Source: Lama glama
Lineage: Eukaryota
DNA length: 64,000 nt
Direction of reading: 5' to 3'
NCBI GenBank assembly: GCA_028534125.1
Contig: CM052832.1
Coordinates: forward strand, 23,810,001-23,874,000
Made by a program: the position numbers and the translations under genes. Below, in pieces: positions 37,106 through 50,535 of this stretch (its first letter is position 1; each line of letters opens with the position of its first letter). A model generated the notes under the pieces. That model ran no database searches, was not told the origin of the DNA, and saw only the letters and a list, made by a program, of their open reading frames with translations.

Positions 37106-38000
37106 TATACACACACATATACATATACACATATACATTTTCATATTCTTTTTCATTAAAGGTTATTACAACATATTGAAAATAATTTCCTGTACTATAT
37201 ATAGAAGATACCTGTTTTTTATCTATATATATAGTGGTTAACATTTGCAAATCTGAAACTCCCAAATTAATCCCTTCCCACCCCATTTCTCCTAGTAACC
37301 GTAAGATTGTTTACTATGTCTGTGAGTCTGTTTCTTTTGTAGATGAGTTCATTAGTGCCCTCTTTTTCTTCTTCTTTTTTTTTTTTAGATTCCATATATG
37401 AGTGATATCATATGGTATTTTTCTTTCTCTTTCTGGCTTACTTCACTTAGAATGATGATCTCCAGGTCCATCCATGTTGCTGCAATTAGCATTATTTTAC
37501 TCTTTTTATGGCTGAGTAGTATTTCATTTTATAAATATACCACAACTTCTTTATCCAGTCATCTGTTGATGGATATTTCGTATCTTTTAGATTCTCTCTC
37601 TCTGCCTTTAATTTCATTGTCTGTCACCTGTATTTACTGTGATTATATCAATAGTTTTCTCTATTGTTAGTAAACAGATTTTCAATAGGGTCTCATATAC
37701 ATAAACACTTCTAATTTACATTTCATTTCTGTATTAATATTGTTTTTGGTCTTGATTTGTTAGACTTCAATTTCCCTTTGCATTTCATTCTTATTGTTCT
37801 ATCAATAAGATAAAAAATACATTTATATTCATTAAGTCTTAAGAGTCTAAGTTGTACGCTTATCAAGCCATCATGAAGAATCTGCTTCTGTTCATTGTAT
37901 AGGCTGAGCCCATGTTTTCCCTTTGCATGTTCTGTTCCCTTCTGACACACAATTTTTAGCTGTCATGCGGGTGATTCCTTGAGTCTTTTGCCACCACACT
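36300..38000 (-). mobile_element. Ancient L1ME/HAL1-like fragment hosting a younger L1
   Basis: T-rich decayed L1 ORF1-type phrases ('ttggctggacacaacatcc', 'tttctggaaaattttctt'). Confidence 0.4.
36956..37575 (-). mobile_element. Camelid/artiodactyl-type L1 3' end containing an expanded (TA)n(CA)n microsatellite (~37037-37137)
   Basis: 'gaagtatagtcagttacaatgtgtcaatttctggtgtacagc...tagattccatatatgagtgatatcatatggtatttttctttctctttctggcttacttcacttagaatga'. TSD tttc(a/g)tatctttta at 36942-36955 and 37576-37589. Confidence 0.85.
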
Positions 38001-40489
38001 GAAGGTTAGTTTATTTTTTTTATTTTCCCTGTCAAGCAAGAGTGTTCTACCCTATGATTCTAGGGCCTGATGAAACAGGGGACAAGGAAAGGGAGCGCTC
38101 AGCTGAGGCCATGTCCAGTCTTATTTGAGAATTTAGGTGTTGCTCATTCTTCTGGGAATATGTTAAAAGTTCTAAACCAGGATTTGCTCCCCATACCATT
38201 CTGATGGAGTGATCCCCTCAGATTTTAGATCAGTTCTCCAATTCAGGACCCAGACACGAAACTTTTACATCTCCAGAGGGAAAGAGCCCCATGATTTTCT
38301 TTTCCTGTTTCATATTTTCCTCTCTTGATTTAATTTCCTTTCAGGTATGACTTTAATTTACGGTGGTGGGAACTGAGCAGAGCTAGGAATCAAAAACTGC
38401 TCAGCCATCAATAACTGAAAATACATTGCTGCAGGTCATGGCTTTTTTGTCTAGTTACTATCAGTGAATTTTTAAAAATATTTCTTTCCCTCTTTTTGCT
38501 TATATATGGGTGGGTGGGGGAAATTCTGATTCAATTTTACTTGGTCATAAATTTTTATCTTTTACATTCATTGATTTTATCTTTCATCTCCTCCTTGTTA
38601 GCTTCACATCTGTTTTGGGGAAGTTTCTATCCCTCTGCCATCTTGGATACAACTTACTTCTCTGATAAGAATCAGTATAACCAGTATAACTAATTTAATA
38701 CATTTTCAAAAACAGATACCTAAAATAGCAACAATAGAATTAGGTTAATTTCATCCCCATGTCACTATCAGACAGTTTTCTGAGCTAGAAGGTTAAATGT
38801 ATTAACCAACTAGGAAATGACTAGTTTTTTTGTCATTCCACTTCATTTACATGTTTTGACATCCGACAGATTTTCCAAAATATTCACTAAAATGAGCACC
38901 CTAATCTTGTTTCTAACTTTTCTCATTACTTCTCATTTAATTATTTTTTTCCCATTGAGAAGAAAATACTTGAAATCAAATCAAGATTTTTAGACCATTC
39001 ACATTTAAAATCACAAATTCATCATCATCAACACTAAAAATTAAGTCTTATGAATATTTAAATGAAGCTATATTTTCCATTTTGGAGTACACCATCTCCT
39101 CTTTCTCCCAGTAGCCTGATTGCTGGGCTTATATTGCTCGAAATCTCAAATTCTGGATATTCCTTAGAGACAGAGGATTTCAAATCTCACTGTGCTGGAG
39201 GCCACTGTGACCTCATGAATGTGAAGTTCTCAGCAGCATGAATGTTTATCCATACATCAAAATTTTCAGTGGTTCAGAAGGACTTTTGTCAGTCTCTAAA
39301 TGTGTGGACCACATTTCCAAAAAGAAGACTATGAAATACAACTTTCCACAGCTTGGACATAAATAAAAGAACTTCACTTCTCCCAGCAACGACAATACAG
39401 AAGTATGGTCCTCATCGACAACAAGCCTTGTGGAGTCAACTGAATTATAGCTGCTGTGGGACAGTAATTTGGGATCACCAAATTACTTCTGTAGTTAAAG
39501 TTGCAGCTTGGAGGTGACATTAACAATATTTGTGTAGTTATCCCAAAATGAACACTAGCATTGGTCTTTTCTTTTTTTTAACTTTCCCTAAAAACAACAT
39601 TTAGCCTGTCACTAACAGAACAATTTTCTAGTGGGTCTGATTAGCGAAGATGGCCAATTTCATTCATGAGTCTCTTCCCCACATGGCCCTTCACTCAACA
39701 GAAGGTGGAGGCTGGAGCAGAGGTTGGCTGAATAGCTAGCTACCTGCTTCAACTCTCCCTTTCGCCTTGCTTCTGTAGGTAAATCTTCCTGAGGACTCAG
39801 CTGGGCACTTCTTCCAACTCCCTGGAACTCTGGCATAATGAGCAGACTCTAAACCACATCCACTGTAACCTCATCAGTCCACGTTTCAAAGGCTTTTCAT
39901 TCCACCTCTGAGATATTCTGATCCACCTGCTTCTTACTTCTGGAAAGTCCCATGAGTCCCCTGAACCAGACAGCTCCCTATTTAGAAGCAGTTTCCCTGA
40001 ACCTGCTGAGTTCTGATAACTTGAAAGGGAGAATTTGGCTCACTCAGGCAGTTCAAAACATTGTGAAAGAAAAAGCCAAACGTAGGGATTTTCAGTAACG
40101 ACAAATAATTGAGGGTTTTTGCTGAGTTTGTCCATCACACATGTGCAGGGCTCAGTGACCTTTGTGGGTTACATGCGCATCCATCTGCCTGTGAGCACGT
40201 GTGTGCAGAGAGGAAAGGGGACAGCTTTGGTAAGAATCAAGGCTATGCATTTTGTTTGAACTCTTATCAGTTATCACTTGGGCAATTGGGGTTCTTGTAT
40301 AGGTAGGTAGGTGGACCATCTTGCTCTGCATTCCCAGGGGAGAGAACAGGAGAATGAATTTCAGTAATCGGTTTAAAGCAAGCAGACACCAGCTAAATAT
40401 GACTTATTTCCATCTAATCTCCTCGGGAGAGAGTTGGCTCCCTGTGGAAGCCCTGTTGATCTCTGAATGCAAACAACAAAACAAGATAG

Positions 40490-40605
40490 TCTTTTTTTTT
40501 CTTTTCATTTTTAAAAATGGAAGTATAGTCAGTTTACAATGTTATGTCAATTTCTGGTGGACAGCAGAATGTTTCAGTCATACAGATACAGACATATATT
40601 CATTT
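40490..40605 (-). mobile_element. Short L1 3' end (same family as 36956-37575)
   Basis: 'gaagtatagtcagtttacaatgttatgtcaatttctggtg' preceded by a T-run. Confidence 0.7.
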
Positions 40606-40619
40606 ACAAAATAATTTTA

Positions 40620-42810
40620 ATCCCCTCTATCCCTATATCACTGCTCTCATTCACTTCACTTACGTATATAAGCATATGTAAGCATATATATGTTGTATAT
40701 AAGCATACATAATTGAACACTGTTGTTATTATTACCTTGAGCAAATTATCTATTAGATCAATTAAGAATATGAAAATTTTTTTTTATTTTACCTTCAGAC
40801 ATTGTTTCTTTGATGCTCTTCTTTTCTTTTTATAGATCCATGTTTCTGAACTATATTACATTCCTTCTCTCTAAAAAACTCATTTTAACATTTCTGGCAA
40901 GGCAGATCTACTGGCAATAAAGTCTTTATTTATCCTTTCATTTGAAGAATAATTTTGCAGGGTACTGAATTATAAGTTGGAAGTTTTTTTTTTTTCCTCA
41001 ACACTAAATATTTCACTCCATTCTCTTTTTTGCTTGCATGATTTCTGAGGAAAAGTTCGATGTAACTCTTGTCTTTGTTCTTTTATAGGTAAAGTGTTGT
41101 TTTCCTCTAGCTTCTTTCAGGATTTTTTAATCTTTGATTTACTGTAATTTGAAAATGATAAGCTGAGGTGTAGTTCTTTTTTGGCATTTATTCTGCTTGG
41201 TATTCTCTGAGCTTCTTGAGTCTGTGGTTTGGTGCCTGACGTAATTTGGGGGGAAATTCTGTTACAATTGTTTCAGTATCTTCTGTTCCTCTCTCTTTTT
41301 CCCTCTGGTATTCCCATTATGCAGATGTTACACCTTCATAGTTGTCCCACAGTCATTGGATAGTCTGACTTTTTTTCCAGTCTTCGTTCTCCTTGTTTTT
41401 TGGATTATGAAGATTCTATTGATATATCCTCTAACTCAGAGATTCCTTCCTCAGCTGTGTCCAGTCTACTAACAAGCCTATCAAAGCCATTCTTCATTTC
41501 TGTTACAGTGTTTTTTACCTCTAGTATTTCCCTGGTTCTTTCTTAGAATTTCCACCTCTCTGTTTACATCGTTTGCCTATTCATGCATGCTTTTTTACTT
41601 TATTCATTATTGCTCTTAGAGTATAAATCACAGTTGTTTTATTTTTAAAAAAATTTTTAGAAGTTGATTGTATTCATCAATATATTTTTTGAAGAGTGGT
41701 TTATTTATTTAGCCTTTTTTGGGGGGAGGGGAAGAGGGAGGTAATTAGGTTTATTTATTTCTTTATTTTTAGAGGAGGTACTGGGGATTGAACCCAGGAC
41801 CTCGTGCATGCTAAACATGTGCTCTACCACTTAAGCTATACCCTCCCCTCAAATCATAGTTGTTTTAAATTCCCAGTTTGATAATTTTAACATCCCTGCC
41901 ATGTCTGGTTCTGATGTTTGCTTTGTCTTTCCAACTTGTGTCTTTTTCTATTTGGTATGCCTTGTAATTTTTTTCTTGATATCTGGACATGATGTACTGT
42001 CCAGATATCAAGGTAAAAGAAACCACTGTAAGTAGGACTTGAGAGTCATGTGGTGGGGAGGCATGAGAGGAGAGAAAGCACACTTTAGTCCTATGACTGG
42101 GTCTCAGTATTTCACTGAGCCTATGTCTCTGAAGTATGAACCTCATAAGCGTTTCTCACTCTTCTTCCCCCCGCCCCTCCCATTAAGTGGGACAGGATGG
42201 CTACAGTGAGCTGGGCTTGGATACTTCTCTTCCCCATGTGAAAGACTAGAGCCAGCTGGAGCTGAGTATTTCCCTTTTCCAAGCCAGTTAGGTCCTGACA
42301 ATATACCCTATCACATTAGGCTGTGCTTAACTAGCTTCCCCTGAGGGCAGATCTTGCTAAGAACAGAGTGCTCTGGCTTATTTCAAAATGCTTCCTTTCA
42401 CCCTCCCCTTGCCAGAAGCCCAAGGGGACTCTTTCCAGTATTTACTGTGGGAACCTCCTTGAGCTCCTGGAGGTAAATCTCACAATATTGTGGGGCCCCC
42501 CTATGACTGGGTTCCCTTGGTGTTCTGAACCCCCAAAGTTGTCTGCACTGAGCTTCCAATAATTTGTCAATTGCAGTTCAGGTTTTCCTACCCCAGCACT
42601 GGTTCCCTTGATAGTTCCACTTATGAGTCTCTGCTCCCATGATCTGTCTTCACCAGTCTCCTTGATCTTGGAGACAGCACTTTACCATGTGCCCTCTCTA
42701 ATGGACCCAAGAGGAGTTGCTTTTTCAGTATATTCAGCTTTTTACTTGTTGTCAGGATGAAGCGGTGACTTCCAAGCTCCTTAGATGCAGGACGAGAAAC
42801 TGGAAGTCCT
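40620..42810 (-). mobile_element. Old L1M (L1MC-like) ORF1/5'-end fragment
   Basis: Reverse-strand L1 ORF1-type phrases 'tttcactcca', 'gtttctgagg', 'ttctctgagcttcttg..tctgtggtttggtg', 'cctcagctgtgtccagtctactaa'. Confidence 0.65.
41641..41850 (-). mobile_element. Vic-1-like camelid SINE with extended 3' tail, nested in old L1
   Basis: 'ggtactggggattgaacccaggacctcgtgcatgctaaacatgtgctctaccacttaagctataccctcccc'. TSD aaatca(c/t)agttgtttt at 41625-41640 and 41851-41866. Confidence 0.85.
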
Positions 42811-43539
42811 TTCTCCATCTCTTTTTTAAACGAGAAAAAAATTTATTCTGCTTCAATTTTGGAACTCCCATCCCAGTTTCATCCTTTTGGTGACAGAGCA
42901 TTTCCCCGTAACCTGCCTTCTGACGGATGTATGTAGGATTGTGGATAAAAGGGGGGGGAGGTGTACAGTTATGAATATGCAGAGGTGTTATGAACTCCTA
43001 TGTGAGAGGGGCTTAGGGGCAGCTATCTTGTGGAAAGGATGGTGGGACTGTGATGATACGGGGTCACTAAGAGATTCCATGATAAACATTCTATTTTTAC
43101 TTGGGTTGTTTCTATTTGTTAAAAATAGCAAAGTTCTCTAAAGATGCTTTTATCCTCACTACATGAGACTTTATTCTTTGTGCTTATTATTGTTATTTTT
43201 ATCGTATTTATCTGAGGCTGGTTGGAGGGGACTAAAGCAACATCCAAACTGCCCCTTTATGCCGTCACTGCCAAGAATAAAACATACAAGTACACAGCGT
43301 CTCTTAACCATGACTTCTTTAGTTCCCATGGACTTTTGCCTATTTTGCATAACTCTGGGAAGCGGCTCTCTCTTCCCAATGTGCCAACAGGAAAAGGCGC
43401 AAAGAAGCAAGCCAGGATTACTATTAACAACAACAACAAAAAAACCCCTGTACATCTGCTGGTGCTAAAACTTGTTCTGAGGGTAAAATCTGTTTTGTCA
43501 GTAATGTAGTCTAAAGATATGTTAAGAAATGAGAAATCA

Positions 43540-43664
43540 TGTAATAGCCTATAATGGAAAAGAATATGGAAAGGAATATATATATATATGTATAACTGAA
43601 TCACTATGCTGTACACCAGAGACTAACACAACGTTGTAAACTGATTATACTTCAATAAAAAAAA
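43540..43664 (+). mobile_element. Short L1 3' end
   Basis: 'ctataatggaaaagaatatg...ataactgaatcactatgctgtacaccagagactaacacaac...cttcaataaaaaa'. TSD aagaaatga(g/a)aaatca at 43524-43539 and 43665-43680. Confidence 0.85.
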
Positions 43665-44142
43665 AAGAAATGAAAAATCAGATTGATTGCTACTTGTTCT
43701 TGACCCTGGAATTGCCAAAGTGACAAAGGAAAAACGGCCAAGTTTCGCCTGAACTACAATTGTCCCCCTGATGTCAATCAGCATCTTAATATCCCCCGGA
43801 CCACTTGAACCCTGCTTGGCATGGGTCACTTGTCCTTATACATACAGCCTGCACAGATCAGGGTTAAGTCTATCTTATCAAGGAGGAAACAAGACTTTGA
43901 GCAATGTCTTGATGAAATAAATATGCCATGATGTCAACAGTAGTTACCCCAAGTAGTGGGATTATGAGTGGTTTTATTTTCCTCTTCATATATTTATGGT
44001 CAAATTTTTCATCAAACATTTAAACTTTATTATCAGAAATAATTATTTAAAAGATATGACTGAATAAAATAGAAATTTATTATTTAATTTCACAACCAGA
44101 AGGTAGTTTCTGAGTACCTTCTACGTGGCTAGGTGCTAAGAG

Positions 44143-44190
44143 GTGTGTGTGTGTGCGTGCATATATATATATATATATTTTTTTTTTTTT
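44143..44190. repeat. Compound (TG)n(TA)n(T)n microsatellite
   Basis: Directly visible. Confidence 0.9.
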
Positions 44191-45896
44191 GGTGAGTAAA
44201 CTAACAGCGCTATTAATGAAGGCAAAATCAGATAACTGTATGACTATTATAGATTAAAACAGAAATCCAAACTAACAGAATTGTATAAGTACTGTACTTC
44301 TGTTTCTTTTAAAGAGACTTGTCATCTGTTTTATAAAACAAACAAAATGGGGACTCTACAGGGGAAACAAGTTGTGTACACAGAGAATGATCAGTGACTG
44401 TGAGCAATAAGCAACAAGATGCTAGTTGTGTAGAACAGACAACAGATACCCAATTTCAAAAGGAATGGATTGCTGATAACCATGATCGAAGGTAAGTTTT
44501 CCCATGGGAAGGTTATCTTGACAAAACACAAGAAGTATTCTCACAAGAAAGGGAATGTATTCTTTTTGAAGAGAAGATTTCCTTCTCTCAAGGACCCAGG
44601 GAGTACAATGCTGGGTACCCAGTCATTTCTAACCCTCTTCCCCCTTACCATGGCCTTCTGGCTCTTCAAGACAACAGGGTTCCCTAAAGTCTACAATTCA
44701 AGCACAGTTTTTTTTTTTAAGTATCCAGTGTGCATACAATAAAATGGAGTCTAAATTTACAGTCAGACTAGGGGAAGGAAGCAGTAATGTCACACTCCAC
44801 TTACTTATAAATATGTTGGCAGTGCTCCATTAAATCATAAAGACAAGCTAATGTAAAGACTCTGGCCAAATACCGACCAAGTCCCAGTCAATTTCAATTT
44901 CAGGCTCTGCCTTAGCCAAAGCATATATTCAAAGGGCAATAATTTTATATTAGGTAATTGTTATAAATTAGTATTTTTACTGCCCTTACAGTTGACTGGG
45001 TTTTTTTTCAATGATTCCACTTTCATTGGCTGAGAAAGGATGCATGTCTATTGAATACAGCTAAATAGTTTTGCAGCCTAGAAAGGAAAGATGAGTAGGT
45101 AGACTGAAAATGTCAATGTGAGACTACTAGGCACATTTTATAAAAAAAACATAATCATCCAGGCATTGATAATAAAAGAGGTTCATTTTTCATTAATAGG
45201 ACTGTTGCCTTGGCAACTTCCAGCTCACATAAGTATTTACATCAGCCACGTTGCACAGTTCTGACACTAAGGAACAGCTCCAGCGTGTCCTTTCTACCCT
45301 CATGCCTAAAATCTTGTTACATATCTCAGCTGCATTACTGGTTTCCATTAAAGTAGCATCCAACCAACTCCATCTAGAACATGTCATACCTACCCCTAAA
45401 GAAGCAATTTAAACAACCTTCTTGGCATGTCAAATAGATACAAGTAGAACTGATAAATGGTTTTCTTTTGCAAAAAGGATGACTTACAGGGGGACGTATA
45501 GCTTTGTTTTTATCTTCTTGCTTATCCAACAGAGGCCAAAGTATTTTTAAATAATTAATTCCATGAATATTAATGTGCATTCAAATCATGCATTGTGTCC
45601 TTAAAAGTCTTATTTTCCTAGTTTGTAATTATCACCAAACAGCCTAAAGCACTTTTAGACACTGAGATGGGTAAGGAAGGGTAGGAGGGACGATAAATAT
45701 TAGGGAGCATTTACCATTGACCTAGCACTTCCAATGCTTGAAATTTTCCTTGAGAAAACAATTGTATAATTATAAAATAATATTTGCACAAGGATATGCA
45801 CTGCAATTTCATTTCTAATAGAGGAAACACTGAAAATAAGTCAAATGTCACTAAGTTTTTAAAATGATTATAAATACCACTAGATGACGATCATTG

Positions 45897-45997
45897 CAGG
45901 GATGGGACCATGTGAGGCTGGCAGGGAGCACAGGTGTTATGCCTCTCCAAGTCACACCTCCCAGGGCCTCACTCGTCCCACCCTCATCTGGGCTTTG
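45897..45997. mobile_element. Possible hAT-Tip100 (MER96-like) MITE remnant within an L1ME fragment
   Basis: GC-rich island with loose inverted ends 'cagggatgggaccatgtgaggc' / 'gcctcactcgtcccaccctcatctgggctttg'. Confidence 0.35.
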
Positions 45998-46661
45998 CCT
46001 TCTTGAATGTATTACTTCCCCTATAATGATTTTCATTATTTAAATCAATTACGGTGTAACCATACTTTGCAGTCATTAAAAATGACAGTATAGACTTCCA
46101 CTTACTGACATGGAAGGAGGTCCAGAACACATGGTCTAAGTTAAACAAGCAGGTCACAAGAATGGAATGTGCAGAAAAGTTTGCAAAAATCTATAATATA
46201 AAATCAAATGCTGTAATTGTCAAAGCCCAACAAAGAACTTTTTTAAATAATTAATTGTTGCAAACTATATTTTAAAAATCAAACGTTTGAAAGAATTAAA
46301 AGCAGTATTTCTCAAGGCATCACAATAGAAAAAAATGCCATTGTATGCTTAAATCTGTTTGTTTTTCTGACAGGTATGAACATTGTTACAAGTTTATAAT
46401 CTGAACAAAACTATTCTCTAAAATTAACTTCATTTTCAAATTCAATCAGTGTGTAGCTACAAAACACTTGGCACACTGGCCCCTCTCCAAATTCTCGAAC
46501 TTGCTTTTCTAACACTTAAGGAATCTAAAGCATTTTATCAACATGTTTAAACCAAATCTTTTGACTCAGGAAGCCAGAACTGCTTTATGGTTGAGGAATC
46601 TTGGGTCTACACAAGTGAAGGACACTTGGCTGCTCTAAGACCACTCAGAAAAATTAGAGGT

Positions 46662-46790
46662 TTTTGTAATAAGGTATAATGGAAAAGAATCTGAAAATAT
46701 ATGTATGTATATGAATAACTGAATTGCTTTGCTGTACACCTGGAACTAACTATAAATCAACTACACTTCAATAAAAAATAAGAATTAAAA
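46662..46790 (+). mobile_element. Short L1 3' end
   Basis: 'tataatggaaaagaatctgaaaa...ctgtacacctggaactaac..taaatcaactacacttcaataaaa'. Flanking repeat aaaa(a/g)ttagagg. Confidence 0.75.
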
Positions 46791-47034
46791 AAAAGTTAGA
46801 GGCAACAAGTACTCCTTATTCTAGAATGCACTGTAATGCTAAGCACCGTCCTTTCACTTTGTGCTATTTAAGCCATACTCTCATTCAACTTCCATGCATG
46901 TGTATATAAGCCTTGTGTCTCCAAGTAGGTAATAGGCCCTTGAAGACTAAGCCATTGGGTACCTACACAGACGCACCTTTATTACACCAGAAGCTCAGTA
47001 ACTACCGCTAAATAATGAATGACTGAAATTACTG

Positions 47035-47275
47035 GAAAGCAGCGTGATGCAGTAGAGAAACTGTGACCTTAGATCTTTAGACAGACCTGAGATAGAACCC
47101 AGCTCTACCCATTACTAGATGCATGGCCATAAGCAAGCTACTCAATCTTTCTGAAGCCTGGCTTCATTATCTCCAATGTTACCTTAAAGGGTTCCCCTAA
47201 GGATCAGGTGAAGCAACGTTTGTTGGTGGCCATGCAAAGTACCTGACATAGCGGGTCCTCCGTAAGTGCTAGCTC
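47035..47275 (+). mobile_element. MIR SINE
   Basis: 'acagacctg...cccagctctacc.attactag...agcaagctactcaatctttctg'. Confidence 0.6.
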
Positions 47276-48614
47276 TCTTTCCACTTCTTTACAGTTGCCT
47301 CTCTTATGAATACAGAATATTTAAATGAGGCAGGGAAATGAAGTTGATCTCTAGTAACTGTAAAATTTAGCTATAAACCAGATTTTGTTCATTCATCAAC
47401 CATACAGACCCAGCAGCAATCCATCTACACTGAGATCTTACTACGAACACTCAACCCATGAAAGTCCTTACTGAATACTGGATCCCCAACTCTCTATGGA
47501 TTTCCAGGCAGCTTGGACCCTGACTACGAGGTGACCCTGCAGCCAGGCTGTGTGGGATCAACACCACTTGGTGCCCACATTTTCTTATGTGTCTTTTGCT
47601 GCTCAGTGAACTCCCTCCCAAAATTCTGATTCCAAGATTTTTTTCTTAAAGTTCCAAACATGCCTTTCCCCTTCTTCTGATGAGACCAGTCAACACATGG
47701 TTGTTATAAAAAGTTCATAATACGTGGATGCTTAGGAAGTAAAAGCTTTCAGTAAATTTAGCCTCTAAAAATGACCATTGTCAGATTCAAGAAGTATCTT
47801 TCCAGACTTTATTTTTAATAAGGCAAATCTTTCTTAAGTGTATCTATCACCTCTTTACCCTCTTTTCTTTCAGTTCCTGCTCAGCTATCCTCAAAATCTC
47901 TTTCCCTGCCTTTTGCTTCCATTTGTGAATGCCAAAGTTATCTTTATAATCAAAGGAGTGTAATTAGACACTCATATAAAGGGAAAGAAAAATCCTATGC
48001 CTGGTACAAAAGAGAGAAATCAGGCCCAACATCAGCTGAAAGATGCATAATCTGCATAGAAGTCCCTGTTTGTCTTTCTCTAATTAAATTCACACTCGCC
48101 CAGGTATCAGCATTCATAAGAAATGACTGTTTTTCACTTAATGTTACTGTTTTCCTCCTTCATTTAACTAAGAGCATAGTGGAAGAGTTTTTCCTGGCAT
48201 TTTGCATTACATAGTGCTGCTCAAAAAGTCTTTGGTGAAGATTTTTTTTCGAATTTCTCATCTGTCATAGGCTGATACTTTAGTAAAATAAACAAAAAAA
48301 CCAGACACACAAAACACAAGCACAAACTTTTTAAATTACCAGATTTTGAACACCTAAAACTACTCTGTTGGATTGTTATAATAGTTCTCAATGTCTTAGA
48401 ATTTTCATCCTTGTCTCATGACAGACCTTCAGCGGGATTTGTGGATGGTGGTGGTCTGTGTACCACACATGAGTAATACTCTCCTGCATCTTTGCATAGG
48501 AAATGAGCCACCTATTGTTTCCATTAGGTCTATGGGCAAATGTCTTCCAAGTTTCTAAGGACTAGTTTACAAATGAACTTTGCGGTAGGAGTCCCCATTT
48601 AAAAGTTTTGGTTT

Positions 48615-49020
48615 TTCATTATTCTAAGTGAAGTAAGCCAGAAAGAGAAGGAAAAATGCCATATGATACCACTCATATGTGGAATCTAAAAAAGAAAAAA
48701 GAAAACACTACTGAATTTATCTACAAAACAGAAACAGACTCACAGACATAGTAAACAATCTTATGGTCACCGAGAGGAAAAGGAGTAGGAAGGGATAAAA
48801 TGGGAGTTTGAGATTTGCAACGGTTAACTAGCATAGATAAAATAGATAAACAACAAGTTTCTTCTGTACAGCACAGGGAACTCTATTCAGTATCTTGTAG
48901 TAATCTACAATGAAAAAGAATATGAAAACAAATATATGTATGTATATGTATGACTGAAACATTACGCTGTATACCAGAAACTGACACACTGTTAACTGAC
49001 TATATTTCAATTAAAAAAAA
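48615..49020 (+). mobile_element. Camelid/artiodactyl-type L1 3' end
   Basis: 'cattattctaagtgaagtaagccagaaagagaagg...acagactcacagacatagtaaacaa...aactgactatatttcaattaaaaaa'. Confidence 0.85.
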
Positions 49021-50465
49021 AAGTTTGGGACTGTCTCTATTGGACATATTGAGACAATCTACTGAATTTTTCACTTTTTACTCAGATATTTAAAATTCTG
49101 TAACTATAAGGACTCTTGAAACCAGAGAGAGCTGATTATTGGAAACATGTCCATGAAGTTCTGGACAAAAATTCAGTTTTCCAACTGGCCCCTTCAGACT
49201 GTAAAGTTACTTCTTGCCTGATTTCTATCATTTTAATGTTAACAATCGAAGGGGAAAGTGACACACCAAGACCCAATCCAAACAGACAAAGCAAATAAAA
49301 CCCTACTTCTTTTCTAAATCTGACCTTCAGCTTAAAATAATTCCATTAAGGTTCACAAAAATATCCTATCTCAGCTGGAGCTCGTGGGATTTCTATTGGA
49401 CCACAAGTCAATATATTGATAGATTTTCCTGTTACTTATGAATTCTCATCTAGCTTTCTTAAGCTGCCTTAGAGCTCTAGTCTTTCAATGGCTCACTCTC
49501 CTCAACTACAAAACAGGAATGAGAATGAAAGGAATGAGGGAGGTACTAGATACATGGTCAGGGCTACGGTAAAATCAGGACTATGTGTGTGCGTGTGTGT
49601 GTGCGCGCACGCGTGCACAAGTGATGAACAATAATCTATAGAATCTATGTTTCTCAATACTTCACTTGCTAATTCATTACATAAAACCTGGCCTAGATTT
49701 TCTTTTATCTCCTAGTCTAGGATATTGCTTGATCCAAATTGTCAGCCATAGTACATTCATCCATCCATTGATTCAATGATTTGTTAAGGATTTGCTTCTA
49801 TTTATTTCCACATTCATTTTCATCCATTAATTTAGCAAACATTTATCAGTTGCTTACTATGGGCACAGTGCTGGACACTGAGAGGACCAGAGGAAAACAG
49901 CCTACTCCTGGAACTTTGAAACAGACCCCAACACTCGACAGGTGGGCCCAAAGGGATAAAGCATACTACCTTTTTTGGATGGTAAGCTGTTTTAACCAAA
50001 ACAACTGAAAGTCAACCATCAGCACTCCAAGTACCTTGCCTTTTGAACATACTTATTTTGCGAAGTGTTTTCTGAAAGGGAAAGGATTTCTTTCACAAAT
50101 ACTTATAAGTGATAAATTATTAATTCATTGAAGACACCACTTTTTTTACATCACCAAAACATCTTACACTTGATATATTAAAAAGAACTGGCTTGTAATG
50201 TATTATAAAATGTATAAACTGTCATGTTTTAAAACTTACAATGTTAAACCATAATCTAAATACAACTGGAAAGGGAAAAATATACTAAAGGTAAAAAAGG
50301 CGCATTTTGTATTTGCCTTATGCACACTAACAAATCTGCAAACACATTTCCTACGATTAGAATGACTTTTGTCCTCCATCACCCCCACATATTTGACCAA
50401 GATTGTTTTTTCTTATATGTAGCGAATAAAACATTATAAAGAATTCTTAGATGAACGGTGGATAT

Positions 50466-50535
50466 TTGTGTGTGTACGGGCATGTCTGTGTGTGTGCGCC
50501 TGTGTGTGTGTGTGTGTGTGTGTATGTGTGTGTGT
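50466..50535. repeat. Interrupted (TG)n microsatellite
   Basis: Directly visible. Confidence 0.9.
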
